Shown here: piece by piece, positions 41,279-50,244 of the stretch | Position numbering within the stretch: position 1 is the first letter of the stretch | How the letters are laid out: the number at the start of each line of letters is the position of its first letter | Source: an uncultured Candidatus Rokubacteria bacterium | GTDB lineage: Bacteria; Methylomirabilota; Methylomirabilia; Rokubacteriales; CSP1-6 | NCBI GenBank assembly: GCA_963789955.1 | Contig: CAWBMV010000003.1 | Coordinates: forward strand, 32,001 to 96,000 | Reading direction: 5' to 3' | DNA: 64,000 nt | Program-made: the position numbers and the translations under genes | Notes under the pieces: generated by a model | Seen by the model: only the letters and a program-made list of their open reading frames with translations | Databases searched by the model: none | What the model was told of the DNA's origin: nothing

Positions 41279-41283
41279 GGTTG

Positions 41284-42411
41284 TCAGCTCAGTGTGGAGC
41301 GCCCGACGGAGCCCAGTAGCTGGGCGAGATGACCGGTGTCGAGCGGCTTCACCAGATGGTGGTCGAAGCCCGCGGCCCGCGATCTCGCGCGATCGGTCTC
41401 ATCGCTCCACCCGGTGACGGCGATCAGGCACATCTGCCGGCCCCAGGGCTCCTTGCGGATACGCTGCGCGACCTCGTGTCCGTCGATCTTCGGCAGGCCG
41501 ATGTCGAGCAGCACCACCTCGGGCCTGAATTCGCTCGCGGCCTGCACTGCCTCGAGACCGTCGTAGGCGGTGCGAACGTCGTTGCCGGTGGCCCGCAGCA
41601 GCATCGCCAGGCTATCGGCGGCGTCGCGGTTGTCGTCCACGACCAGGATGCGGAGCGCGGGCGGGCTCATGTGTGCGGGACCCTCCGCCGGCGGCTGCGG
41701 GCAATGCGAGGCTTCGATGACGGCCGGTAGGCGGATGGCGAACGTGCTCCCCATGCCCAGTCCCGTGCTCTCGGCGGCGACCGTCCCGCCATGCATTTCC
41801 ACGAGCCGCTTCACAAGGGTCAAACCGATCCCGAGCCCCCCAAAAGTCCGCGCTCGGGTTTGCTCGCCCTGGGTGAACATCTCGAACACATGCGGCAGCA
41901 TCGCTCGAGAAATCCCGACGCCCGTGTCGCGCACGGTGATCACGGCATCGCCGCCGGCACGCTCCGCGGTCAGCCAGATGTGTCCGTCGCGGTCCGTGAA
42001 TTTGGCGGCATTGTTCAGGCAGTTCGCGATCGCCTGCGCCAGCCGCATGGGGTCGGCGTCGAGAAGGATCGCGTCCTCCGGGAGCACGGTCGTGAACTCC
42101 TGGCCCCCGGCTCTCAACAAGCTCCCACTCGTTTCGACGGCCAGACGCACGACCATCGCCAGATCCACGCGCTCCTTGCGGAGCTCGAAACGATTGGTGC
42201 TCATCCGAGCCACATCGACCAGATCGTCGATGAGGCGCGCCATCTGCCGAACCTGCCGTTCGATCGCGGAGAGCGCCCACTGCGACTCGGGGGCGAGCGT
42301 TCCCTCACGATTCAGAATCTGGACAGCGGTGCGGATCGGCGCGAGCGGATTGCGGAGCTCATGGGCCAAAATCGCCAGAAACTCGTTCTTGGATCGATCA
42401 GCGATCGGCAA
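41284..42411 (-). CDS. Hybrid histidine kinase/response regulator lacking a sensor domain
   Basis: LAHELRNPL, NNAAKFT, DTGVG, GLGIGL, C-terminal REC (VVDD, LLDIGLP, KP). Confidence 0.88.
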   Translation of the reverse strand: MPIADRSKNEFLAILAHELRNPLAPIRTAVQILNREGTLAPESQWALSAIERQVRQMARLIDDLVDVARMSTNRFELRKERVDLAMVVRLAVETSGSLLRAGGQEFTTVLPEDAILLDADPMRLAQAIANCLNNAAKFTDRDGHIWLTAERAGGDAVITVRDTGVGISRAMLPHVFEMFTQGEQTRARTFGGLGIGLTLVKRLVEMHGGTVAAESTGLGMGSTFAIRLPAVIEASHCPQPPAEGPAHMSPPALRILVVDDNRDAADSLAMLLRATGNDVRTAYDGLEAVQAASEFRPEVVLLDIGLPKIDGHEVAQRIRKEPWGRQMCLIAVTGWSDETDRARSRAAGFDHHLVKPLDTGHLAQLLGSVGRSTLS

Positions 42412-42515
42412 GACACATCCTCAGCGAATGCTCACGGGTCGTCATTGGCCCTTGGTCGCCGACATCGCGCCGATCCGCGGGCTCGCCGGGTCGACCGCAG
42501 AAAGGGCCCGTGGCT

Positions 42516-42698
42516 CTAAGAGTCCCGACCCACGTGATCTCCGACCGGCTCGATCTCGTCGAGAAACGTCTCGGGATCGGCGTCGAAGATCCGCTTGCAT
42601 TCGTCACAACAGAAATAGATCGTCTCGCCCTCGTAGACGAGCTGCGCCTCGGCCGAGTCGGGGGTGATCTCCATCATGCAGACCGGATCCAGTGCCAT
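42516..42698 (-). CDS. YHS domain protein
   Basis: DPVCMMEI...YEGETIYFCCDECKRIFDADP. RBS GAGGAGG. Confidence 0.9.
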   Translation of the reverse strand: MALDPVCMMEITPDSAEAQLVYEGETIYFCCDECKRIFDADPETFLDEIEPVGDHVGRDS

Positions 42699-42735
42699 GG
42701 TAGCCTCCTCGTCCCGCTGGACTCGGCTTCCTGGG

Positions 42736-42750
42736 GCAAGGGCCGTGCCA
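42736..42750 (-). promoter_or_regulatory. Sigma-54 promoter upstream of the YHS gene
   Basis: Minus strand TGGCACGGCCCTTGC, a full match to TGGCACG-N4-TTGC. Confidence 0.85.
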
Positions 42751-42899
42751 CGGCAAATTCCATGGAAATCGCCGGGTTTCATGAAAGCGACCGGCCGATG
42801 GCAGGTAAAAACTCCATGACGACCGTGTAAGATCGGCCGATCGTGTAACTCCGGGGGAGTCCATGATCGTCTGGGGAGTCTACGACAAGAGCGCGCGTC

Positions 42900-43964
42900 C
42901 TACCAGGCGGCGGTGACGCCCGGCTTCACGATCCAGACGCTGTCCGCGTCGAGGTGACGGCGCCCGACCTCCTCGGCGATGCGGCGAGGCGGCTCATCGT
43001 ACGCCTCCCGGGCGAGCGCGAATGTTCCCCAGTGAATGCCGAGGAACTTCGCCGCGTGCAGGTCGGTCCACGCCTGGAGCGCTTCTTCCGGCGACATGTG
43101 CACGGGCTTGGCGAGTGCGCGGGGCGTATACGAACCGATCGGCAGCGCCGCCAGGTCGAACGGACCGAGCGCCTCGCCGATCTCCTTGAAGTGCTGGTAG
43201 TACCCCGTGTCCCCCGCGAAGTAGAAGCGCTTGGAGCCAAGCACCGCCCACGAGGCCCACAGACGCTGCCCCTGGTCCAGGAGCGTCCGGCCGGAGCCGT
43301 GCTGCGCGGGCGTGCATACGACGGTCAGGCCGTCGATCCGGGCCGATTCGCCCCAATTCAGCTCGACCACGTTCGTGATTCCACGATCCGCGAGCCATTT
43401 CTTGATGCCGAGCGGCACGACGAATCGCGGATTGAATTGCTGCGCCAGGTGCTTGACGGTCGGCTCGTCGAGGTGATCGTAGTGATCGTGGGAGATCAGC
43501 ACGAAGTCGATGTGTGGCAGGTCGTCGAACGCGATCGCGGGGGGCGTGTAGCGCCCGACTCCCACGAGCCCGCCGAAGGGGCCGCTGCGGCTCGCCCAGG
43601 TCGGATCGGTCAGGAAGTTCAACCCGTCGAGCTGGACGAGCAGGGTCGAATGACCGATCCACGTCACCGTCGCCTGGCTCGCATTGTCACGAAGCGCGAC
43701 CGTGTCCGGCGTGACGATGGGAAGCGGCTTGACGTGGCGCTCGCCCACCAGCCATGTGGCGCCCACGATCAGCGAGCGCGCGCGTGCCCACAAGCTCGCC
43801 CGGTGATATTCGGGGTCGAGGTTGTGGAACCTGCCGCCGACCCGGGGCGCCGCGGGCAACCCGGCGACGACCGCCGGGGGCGAGATCGCGGCGGAAACGG
43901 ACTGCAGCGGCGCCGCTTCGCTCGCGCCGACCAGCAGAGCCAGGACGAGGAGCAGACCCACCAC
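42900..43964 (-). CDS. MBL-fold metallo-hydrolase (NAPE-PLD-like), secreted
   Basis: TWIGHST, LTDP, SHDHYDHLD, GDTGY, HWGTF. Confidence 0.9.
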   Translation of the reverse strand: MVGLLLVLALLVGASEAAPLQSVSAAISPPAVVAGLPAAPRVGGRFHNLDPEYHRASLWARARSLIVGATWLVGERHVKPLPIVTPDTVALRDNASQATVTWIGHSTLLVQLDGLNFLTDPTWASRSGPFGGLVGVGRYTPPAIAFDDLPHIDFVLISHDHYDHLDEPTVKHLAQQFNPRFVVPLGIKKWLADRGITNVVELNWGESARIDGLTVVCTPAQHGSGRTLLDQGQRLWASWAVLGSKRFYFAGDTGYYQHFKEIGEALGPFDLAALPIGSYTPRALAKPVHMSPEEALQAWTDLHAAKFLGIHWGTFALAREAYDEPPRRIAEEVGRRHLDADSVWIVKPGVTAAW

Positions 43965-44011
43965 GCTTCCGAGCTTACCTGAGGCTCGAGTGGCCTACCA
44001 GCGCTCGCCGG

Positions 44012-45244
44012 CTACATCTGCTCCTTGAGCGGGAGCGCCAGGATCTCGAGGAATCGGCTCGTGAAACCGCGATGGTTCCAGTCTTCGTACATCACTGGGC
44101 GCGAGTTCCTCAGGTCCTCGTCGAACACCCGCTCGAGCCGCTGGGCGGTGTCGACGTCGTAGATCGCGACGTTGAGCTCCTCGTTCAGGGCGAACGAGCG
44201 ACGGTCCAGGTTGGTGCTGCCGATGGTCGCCCAAATGCCGTCGACGACCATGGTCTTCGCGTGCAGGAGCGCCGGCCGGTACTCGTAGATCTGGACACCG
44301 TTTTTCAGGAGGCGCCCGAACTCCGAGCGGCTGGTCTGGCGCACGAGGTTGTGGTCGATGGCGCCCGGGATGAGGAGCTTGACCTGGACGCCACGGTTCG
44401 CGGCGCCGACCAAGGTCGTGATCATGGTGTCGTCGGGCACGAAGTAGGGGTTGGTGATGTGAACGGAGTGCCGCGACGAGGCGAGAGCCAGCAGGAACAT
44501 CGTATACATCGCGGTGCCGCCGCCCGCCGGGGAGCTGCGCACCACCTGGGCGTCGACGTCACCCTTCGACTCGAGGCGGCGGCGCGGGAAATATTCGGGC
44601 CCTCCGAGCGCGACGCCCGTCGCCTCCAGCCAGTTTTCGGCAAACGCGCCCTGCAGCTGCTCGACCACCGGCCCTTCGATCCGGATATCGGTGTCCCGCC
44701 AGTGTCCTTCCTGGCGCCCGTTACCGCTCCACTTGCCGCTGATGCCCGAGCCGCCCGTCACGCCGACCATGCCGTCGACCACGAGGATGCGGCGATGATT
44801 GCGATAGTTCACCCGATCGATGGCGAACGAGCTCAACGGCCGGAAGCTCTCGACCCTGCAGCCGACGCTTTTCATCTCCTCGCGAAACTCCGCGGGCATC
44901 GCCAGCGCGCCCACGGCGTCGAGCAGCACGTTGACCTTGATGCCGGCCGAGCAACGCTCGGCCAGCGCCCGGGCGATCTCCTTGGCGGGCTCGCCGTCCT
45001 CGAAGACGTACTGGGCGTAGTTGATGGTGCGACGCGCGCTGCGAATCAGCGCGACCTTCGCCGGAAAGATCTCCTCGCCGTTCAGCAAGATCTGCACGCG
45101 GTTGCCGCCGACGACAGTCGTGCCCGTGTACGCGCCGAGCGTGGCCGCGAACGCCGGCTGCTTGATGTCGAGCGTCGGCAGCTCGAGGTGGGGTGGTACG
45201 CCGGCGCACCCCGTGGTGATGGCGAGGAGGATGACAAGGCCCAT
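44012..45244 (-). CDS. Cardiolipin synthase-like phospholipase D, lipoprotein signal
   Basis: RNHRRILVVDG (first HKD motif has K->R), HAKTMVVD, GSTNLD.RS..LN.E. Confidence 0.88.
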   Translation of the reverse strand: MGLVILLAITTGCAGVPPHLELPTLDIKQPAFAATLGAYTGTTVVGGNRVQILLNGEEIFPAKVALIRSARRTINYAQYVFEDGEPAKEIARALAERCSAGIKVNVLLDAVGALAMPAEFREEMKSVGCRVESFRPLSSFAIDRVNYRNHRRILVVDGMVGVTGGSGISGKWSGNGRQEGHWRDTDIRIEGPVVEQLQGAFAENWLEATGVALGGPEYFPRRRLESKGDVDAQVVRSSPAGGGTAMYTMFLLALASSRHSVHITNPYFVPDDTMITTLVGAANRGVQVKLLIPGAIDHNLVRQTSRSEFGRLLKNGVQIYEYRPALLHAKTMVVDGIWATIGSTNLDRRSFALNEELNVAIYDVDTAQRLERVFDEDLRNSRPVMYEDWNHRGFTSRFLEILALPLKEQM

Positions 45245-45436
45245 AAGCGAGATACCACCGTCGGAGATGGGAGATCACCTGAGTCGCGTCGACCGCGGGG
45301 TAGGATTTACCGAGCCGCCGCGTAACAACTACTGCGCCCGGCGAGGCGCGTCCCGATCACGTTGTTCAGGATTCGCATCGTCTAAATCGCTGTCTGACAG
45401 GATTTTCCGCGCCGGCGTCGTACACACAGCCGGTGC

Positions 45437-45451
45437 TGGCAAGGTGATTGC
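45437..45451 (+). promoter_or_regulatory. Sigma-54 promoter upstream of the BON gene
   Basis: TGGCAAGGTGATTGC. Confidence 0.75.
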
Positions 45452-45516
45452 TCCTCTCTGGGCAGGCCGGGATCAACTCATATACCGATACCGAGAACCT
45501 GGGAGGACAACCAGCG

Positions 45517-46134
45517 ATGCGTAACGAACTGAAGACTGGGGCAGCGCTTCTGACCGCCGTCCTATTCGCGCTCCCGTTGACCGCGGGCGCCGCCGACAAG
45601 GCGACCGACAAGACGGCTCCGAGCACGATGGACAAGATGGAAAACAAGGCCAAAGAGACCACGCAGGAAGTGAAGGACGCCACCAGCGATAGCTGGCTGA
45701 CGTCGAAGACGAAGATCGCCCTCTTCGCGGACGATCGGGTCAAGGGCCGCGAGGTGCGGGTCGAGACCGTGAAGGGCGATGTGTTCCTGCGCGGTAAGGT
45801 CGACTCCAACGAGGCGAAGATGGCCGCGGGCGACATCGCCAAGACCGTCGAGGGCGTGAAGAGCGTGAAGAACGACCTGCAGGTCGTGGCCCCGGCGGCG
45901 CGCAAGGCCGTCCAGGCGAACGACAAGCAGATCACCAAGGCAGTCGAGACCACCCTGAGCAAGGACCCGCACCTCAAGAAGATCGACGTCCGCACCGACG
46001 CGGGGGTCGTGGTGCTGAGCGGTGAGGTGCCGAACATCTCCACCTCCGCGAAGGCCTCCGAGATGGCGCACCGGGTCGACGGCGTGAAGTCGGTCAAGAA
46101 CGAGCTGCGTGTGTCGCAAGCGAAGGCCAACTAG
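45517..46134 (+). CDS. Dual BON domain protein (OsmY-like)
   Basis: Signal peptide. Two BON repeats ending VEGVKSVKNDL and VDGVKSVKNEL. Confidence 0.92.
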   Translation: MRNELKTGAALLTAVLFALPLTAGAADKATDKTAPSTMDKMENKAKETTQEVKDATSDSWLTSKTKIALFADDRVKGREVRVETVKGDVFLRGKVDSNEAKMAAGDIAKTVEGVKSVKNDLQVVAPAARKAVQANDKQITKAVETTLSKDPHLKKIDVRTDAGVVVLSGEVPNISTSAKASEMAHRVDGVKSVKNELRVSQAKAN

Positions 46135-46157
46135 CCCCCGGAAGCTGACCGACGACG

Positions 46158-46191
46158 AGAGCGGGCGGTCGAAAGGCCGCCCGCTCTTTTT
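46158..46191 (+). terminator. Rho-independent terminator
   Basis: AGAGCGGGCGGTC-GAAA-GGCCGCCCGCTCT followed by a T-run. Confidence 0.88.
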
Positions 46192-46205
46192 GTGTCCGCG
46201 ACGAC

Positions 46206-46433
46206 TTACCGCCGAGCCGGGTCGCGCAGCTCTTCGTCGTACCGGTCGAAGCGCTTCTTCATCTCACGCTCGGCCTGATCGCGCTCCCAGCCGTATCGCT
46301 CCTGCAGCGCGCCGGCAAGCTTGTCCATCGCGCCGTCGATCCGATCGAGATCGTCGTCGGTGAGCTTGCCCCACCACTGCTTGACCTGACCGCGCATCTG
46401 CTTCCACTTGCCGGTGAGAATGTCCTGGTTCAT
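46206..46433 (-). CDS. CsbD family protein
   Basis: MNQDILTGKWKQMRGQVKQWWGKLTDDDL...LQERYG. Confidence 0.93.
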   Translation of the reverse strand: MNQDILTGKWKQMRGQVKQWWGKLTDDDLDRIDGAMDKLAGALQERYGWERDQAEREMKKRFDRYDEELRDPARR

Positions 46434-46482
46434 GAAATGTCGCCTCCTTTCGGTTTCGTTCATCGAACAAGATCACGAGGGA

Positions 46483-46497
46483 GCAAGACGCGTGCCT
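46483..46497 (-). promoter_or_regulatory. Sigma-54 promoter upstream of the CsbD gene
   Basis: Minus strand AGGCACGCGTCTTGC. Confidence 0.75.
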
Positions 46498-46615
46498 CGT
46501 TGGCCGGCGATCGCGCAACCGTCGCCCGTAAAAGTTACTCGGTAAATCTTTCCGCCCCTCGACGCGGCCGCGCGCAGAGCGCCGTCGTTGCTTGCACAAG
46601 CGAGGGCCTTGCAAT

Positions 46616-46630
46616 TGGCACCGCGGCTGC
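46616..46630 (+). promoter_or_regulatory. Sigma-54 promoter upstream of the micropeptide/methyltransferase
   Basis: TGGCACCGCGGCTGC (GG-N10-GC). Confidence 0.65.
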
Positions 46631-46672
46631 AGCTATTGCCTAGGTACACACACATACAGGGAGGACCCAAGA

Positions 46673-46723
46673 ATGTGGGGCTTGCTCGTCGTCCTGGTTC
46701 TGCTGCTCACCGGGAGGGTGTAG
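46673..46723 (+). CDS. 16-aa hydrophobic micropeptide MWGLLVVLVLLLTGRV (resembles the DUF3309 C-terminus)
   Basis: Strong RBS GGGAGG and ATG...TAG. Not in the ORF track. Confidence 0.5.
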   Translation: MWGLLVVLVLLLTGRV

Positions 46724-46737
46724 CGCGGGAGGCGCTC

Positions 46738-47361
46738 ATGGCGAAAGTCGCGATCCTCGAGCAGCCCTGGAGCCCGTGGGGGCGTGAGTATGTGAACACG
46801 CCCGATCGCTTCATCTTTGGTACGCGCCCGTCGGCTCTGGCCCGCGAGGCCGGCGAGCTCACGGGCCGCCGCGCCCACGTGCTCGATCTCGGCTGCGGCG
46901 AGGGGCGCGACAGCGTCTTTCTCGCCGAGCAGGGACACGACGTCGTCGGCGTCGACCTCTCGCTCGACGGGCTCCGCAAGGCCGCGCGGCTCGCGGACGA
47001 GCGCGGCGTTCAGGTGCCGTGGGTCTGCGCGGCGTTACCGGATCTGCCGGTACGGGGACCGTTCGATCTCGTCTACTCCTGCGGCTCGATCCACTATGTG
47101 GCCCGGGACGACCGCGGCGCGCTGTTCACCCGGCTCCAGGGGCTTACGCGCCGGGGCGGGCTCCACGCCCACGTCGTCTTCACCGAGCGGCGGATCTACC
47201 GCGAGAAGAACGAGATCGTGCACTACTTCACTCCGGATGAGCTGCGTGATGCCTATCGCGGCTGGATCATCCTGCGCCACGAGGTAGGACTGATCCCGTG
47301 TGCGCAGGACGGTGTGCGTCACGTGCACAGCGTGGAGACCATTCTCGCTCAGCGGCCGTGA
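46738..47361 (+). CDS. Class I SAM-dependent methyltransferase (TehB-like)
   Basis: VLDLGCGEGRDSVFLA..G.DV.GVDLS. RBS GGAGG. Confidence 0.88.
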   Translation: MAKVAILEQPWSPWGREYVNTPDRFIFGTRPSALAREAGELTGRRAHVLDLGCGEGRDSVFLAEQGHDVVGVDLSLDGLRKAARLADERGVQVPWVCAALPDLPVRGPFDLVYSCGSIHYVARDDRGALFTRLQGLTRRGGLHAHVVFTERRIYREKNEIVHYFTPDELRDAYRGWIILRHEVGLIPCAQDGVRHVHSVETILAQRP

Positions 47362-47389
47362 TCCGGACGGCCGTGCTACGCTTTCCGCG

Positions 47390-48151
47390 ATGCGACATGC
47401 CCTGAGCGCTGCGCTCGCGTGCGGTCTGGCGCTGCTGCTGGCCGCCAGCGCCGTCGCGGTCACTCCGCCACCGCGGGCGAGCGGCTCACTCCTCGAAGCC
47501 TGGAACAACATCACGTCGTTCAACGAGGACCTTTCGCGGATCGACCGCGCGCGCGACGCGCTCGAGAGCGAGGTCGCCCGCACGCCGAGTCTCGATGCGC
47601 TTCTCCTGCTGGCCTGGGCCCATCTGCTCTGGGCCGACTACCGCGCGCCCGATGTGAACGCCAAGCTCGCGAGCTACGAGCGCGGGCGCGACGTCGCCAA
47701 GCGCGCGATCGACATGGCGCCGCGGAGTCCGGAGGCGCATCTCTGGTATGCTGCCAATCTTGGCCGCTGGGCGGTCACGAAGGGTAAGCTGCAGTCCGCG
47801 TTTCTTCTGTCGACCCTGAGGCAGGAGATTCAGACGGTGCTGGAGCTCGATCCGGACAACGTGCCGGGACTGGCGGTCGCCGGGTCGTTCTACCTCGAGA
47901 CCCCGTCGCTGTTCGGGGGCGATGTCCCCCGCGCCGAGAGATATCTGCGAAAGGCGCTCGTGCTCGATCCGCACTTCACGCGCGCCCGTATCGAGCTAGC
48001 CCGGTGTCTCATCGCACGAGGGCGTTACGACGAAGCCCGACAGGAGCTCAAGACCGTCCTCGACGAACGGCGGCCGAGCTACATCGCCGACTGGGTCATG
48101 CGACATCGGCCCACCGCCGAGCGTCTGATGGCCGAGATCCGCGCCAAGTAA
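47390..48151 (+). CDS. Secreted tetratricopeptide repeat protein
   Basis: Signal peptide. TPR-like helices (AIDMAPRSPEAHLW, VLELDP, ALVLDP). Confidence 0.8.
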   Translation: MRHALSAALACGLALLLAASAVAVTPPPRASGSLLEAWNNITSFNEDLSRIDRARDALESEVARTPSLDALLLLAWAHLLWADYRAPDVNAKLASYERGRDVAKRAIDMAPRSPEAHLWYAANLGRWAVTKGKLQSAFLLSTLRQEIQTVLELDPDNVPGLAVAGSFYLETPSLFGGDVPRAERYLRKALVLDPHFTRARIELARCLIARGRYDEARQELKTVLDERRPSYIADWVMRHRPTAERLMAEIRAK

Positions 48152-49753
48152 TTGAAGGCTGCCGACGAGCGGGCCGACGTTCTCGTGATCGGAGCCGGCG
48201 CTTCCGGCGCCGCCGTCGCCTGGAAGCTCGCCGGGGCCGGCATCGGCGTGGTGTGCCTGGAGCAGGGGGACTGGGTCGACGCGCGCGCGTATCCCCACTG
48301 GCAGGCCGACTGGGAGCTGCACCGGAATACCGACTGGAGCGCCGAGCCGAACGTGCGGCGGCTGGTCCAGGACTATCCGGTCAACGACCAGGCCTCGGTC
48401 ATCTCGCCGCTGATGTACAACGCGGTCGGCGGCAGCACCATTCACTGGAGCGCGCACTTCCCGCGCTTCCGTCCCTCGGACTTTCGCGTGCGGAGTCTCG
48501 ACGGTGTCGCCGACGACTGGCCGATCGACTACGCCGCCCTGGAGCCGTACTTCGACCTGAACGATCAGATGATGGGTGTGGCCGGGATCACCGGCGATCC
48601 GGCCTATCCGCCGAAGTCGCCGCGCCAGACGCCGCCGATCCCGCTCGATACCCTCGGCGTCACGATCGCCGGCGGCTTCGACCGGCTCGGTTGGCACTGG
48701 TGGCCCTCGGACAGCGCGATCCTCACACGCGACTACGACGGCCGGCGGGCGTGCGTGAACTGCGGCCCCTGCGACCTCGGCTGCCCGATCGGCGCCAAGG
48801 CGAGCACGGACGTCACCTACTGGCCGAAGGCGCTCGCGTCCGGCGCACGCCTGGTGACCCGCGCCCGCGTGCGTGAGATCACGCTCGGGCCGGATGGGCT
48901 CGCCGACGGCGTCGTCTACTACGACGGCGAGGGCCGAGAGCACGCGCAGAAGGCGCGCGCGGTCGTGCTGGCCGCCAACGGTATCGGCACGCCGCGGCTC
49001 CTCTTGAACTCGCGCTCGGCGTGCTTTCCCGAGGGGCTCGCCAATCGCAGCGGCCTGGTCGGACGGAACCTCATGTTCCATCCCTACGCGATGGCGCGCG
49101 GCGTCTTCGACAAGCCGCTCGGCGGTCATCGCGGCCCGGTCGGCTGCAGCATCATCAGTCAGGAGTTCTACGAGACGGATCTCTCGCGCGGCTTCGTGCG
49201 CGGCTATTCGTTTCAGGTGGCGCGGGGGCTCTCGCCGATCGCGTCCGCGAACGGCGGGTCGGTCGGTGACCGGGTGCCCTGGGGCCGCGAGCATCGGCGG
49301 GCGTACGCCGAGCGATTCGACCGGACGATCACCGTCGCCGTCATCGGCGAGGATCTGCCGGAGCCCGAGAATCGCGTCGATCTCGACCCGGCGCTCACCG
49401 ACACGAACGGCATTCCGGCGCCGCGCGTGTCCTACCGGCTCAGTGAGAACAGCCGGCGCATGCTCGACCACGGCATCGCGCGCGCCCGCGAGGTGCTGCA
49501 CGCGGCGGGCGCCCACGACGTCGCGTTCAACCCGCTCCTGCGCGCCGGCGGCTGGCACCTCATGGGCACCGCGCGCATGGGGCGCGATCCGGCCACCTCC
49601 GTGGTCGACGCCGAGGGGCGGTGCCACGACGTGCCGAATCTCTACATCGTCGACGGGAGCGTGATGGTAACGTCCGCCGGCGTGAACCCGACCTCGACGA
49701 TCCAGGCCGTGGCTCTGCACGTCGCCGACGGGATGATCCGGAGGCGGAGATGA
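48152..49753 (+). CDS. GMC family oxidoreductase
   Basis: IGAGASG, VGGSTIHW, C..CG.C..GC, HLMGTARMG, NPTSTIQA. Confidence 0.92.
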   Translation: MKAADERADVLVIGAGASGAAVAWKLAGAGIGVVCLEQGDWVDARAYPHWQADWELHRNTDWSAEPNVRRLVQDYPVNDQASVISPLMYNAVGGSTIHWSAHFPRFRPSDFRVRSLDGVADDWPIDYAALEPYFDLNDQMMGVAGITGDPAYPPKSPRQTPPIPLDTLGVTIAGGFDRLGWHWWPSDSAILTRDYDGRRACVNCGPCDLGCPIGAKASTDVTYWPKALASGARLVTRARVREITLGPDGLADGVVYYDGEGREHAQKARAVVLAANGIGTPRLLLNSRSACFPEGLANRSGLVGRNLMFHPYAMARGVFDKPLGGHRGPVGCSIISQEFYETDLSRGFVRGYSFQVARGLSPIASANGGSVGDRVPWGREHRRAYAERFDRTITVAVIGEDLPEPENRVDLDPALTDTNGIPAPRVSYRLSENSRRMLDHGIARAREVLHAAGAHDVAFNPLLRAGGWHLMGTARMGRDPATSVVDAEGRCHDVPNLYIVDGSVMVTSAGVNPTSTIQAVALHVADGMIRRRR

Positions 49754-50181
49754 CGCGCGAGTTTTTGGCCTCGGTACTCGATACCCTGGTGCCGCCGGGT
49801 GAGGGCTTCCCGGAAAGCGGCGCGCTCGCCCTCGACCATGTCCAGGCAATGGCCGATGCCTCCGCCGAGGCCGGGTCGTTGCTCTCGCAGGCACTCGAGA
49901 CCATCGAGGAGGCGGCGCGCGCTGACGATGTCCGCGGATTCGCAGGTCTGAGCGTCGCCCAGCGCGAGGATCTTCTGAGGCGCGTCGAGCGTTCTCATCC
50001 CGAGGCCTTCGATGCGCTCGTCCGTCACACTTATGATGGCTTTTATAGTCACCCCGCCACGATCACGCGGCTGGGGCTCGAGCCCGGGCCGGTGCAGCCG
50101 CGCGGCCACCGCATCGAGAGCGCGCCCTTCCCGGATCTCGGGCGCGTGGCCGGACGCGGTCCGATCTTCCGTCGGGCGTAA
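49750..50181 (+). CDS. Gluconate 2-dehydrogenase subunit 3-like protein
   Basis: DTLVP...P..G, GFYSHP. ATGA-coupled to the GMC gene. Confidence 0.75.
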   Translation: MTREFLASVLDTLVPPGEGFPESGALALDHVQAMADASAEAGSLLSQALETIEEAARADDVRGFAGLSVAQREDLLRRVERSHPEAFDALVRHTYDGFYSHPATITRLGLEPGPVQPRGHRIESAPFPDLGRVAGRGPIFRRA

Positions 50182-50244
50182 GGACTGCCGGGGCGTATAT
50201 CATGATGGCCAGGCTGCACGAGGTCGTATCGCCGAGGTGAGCCG

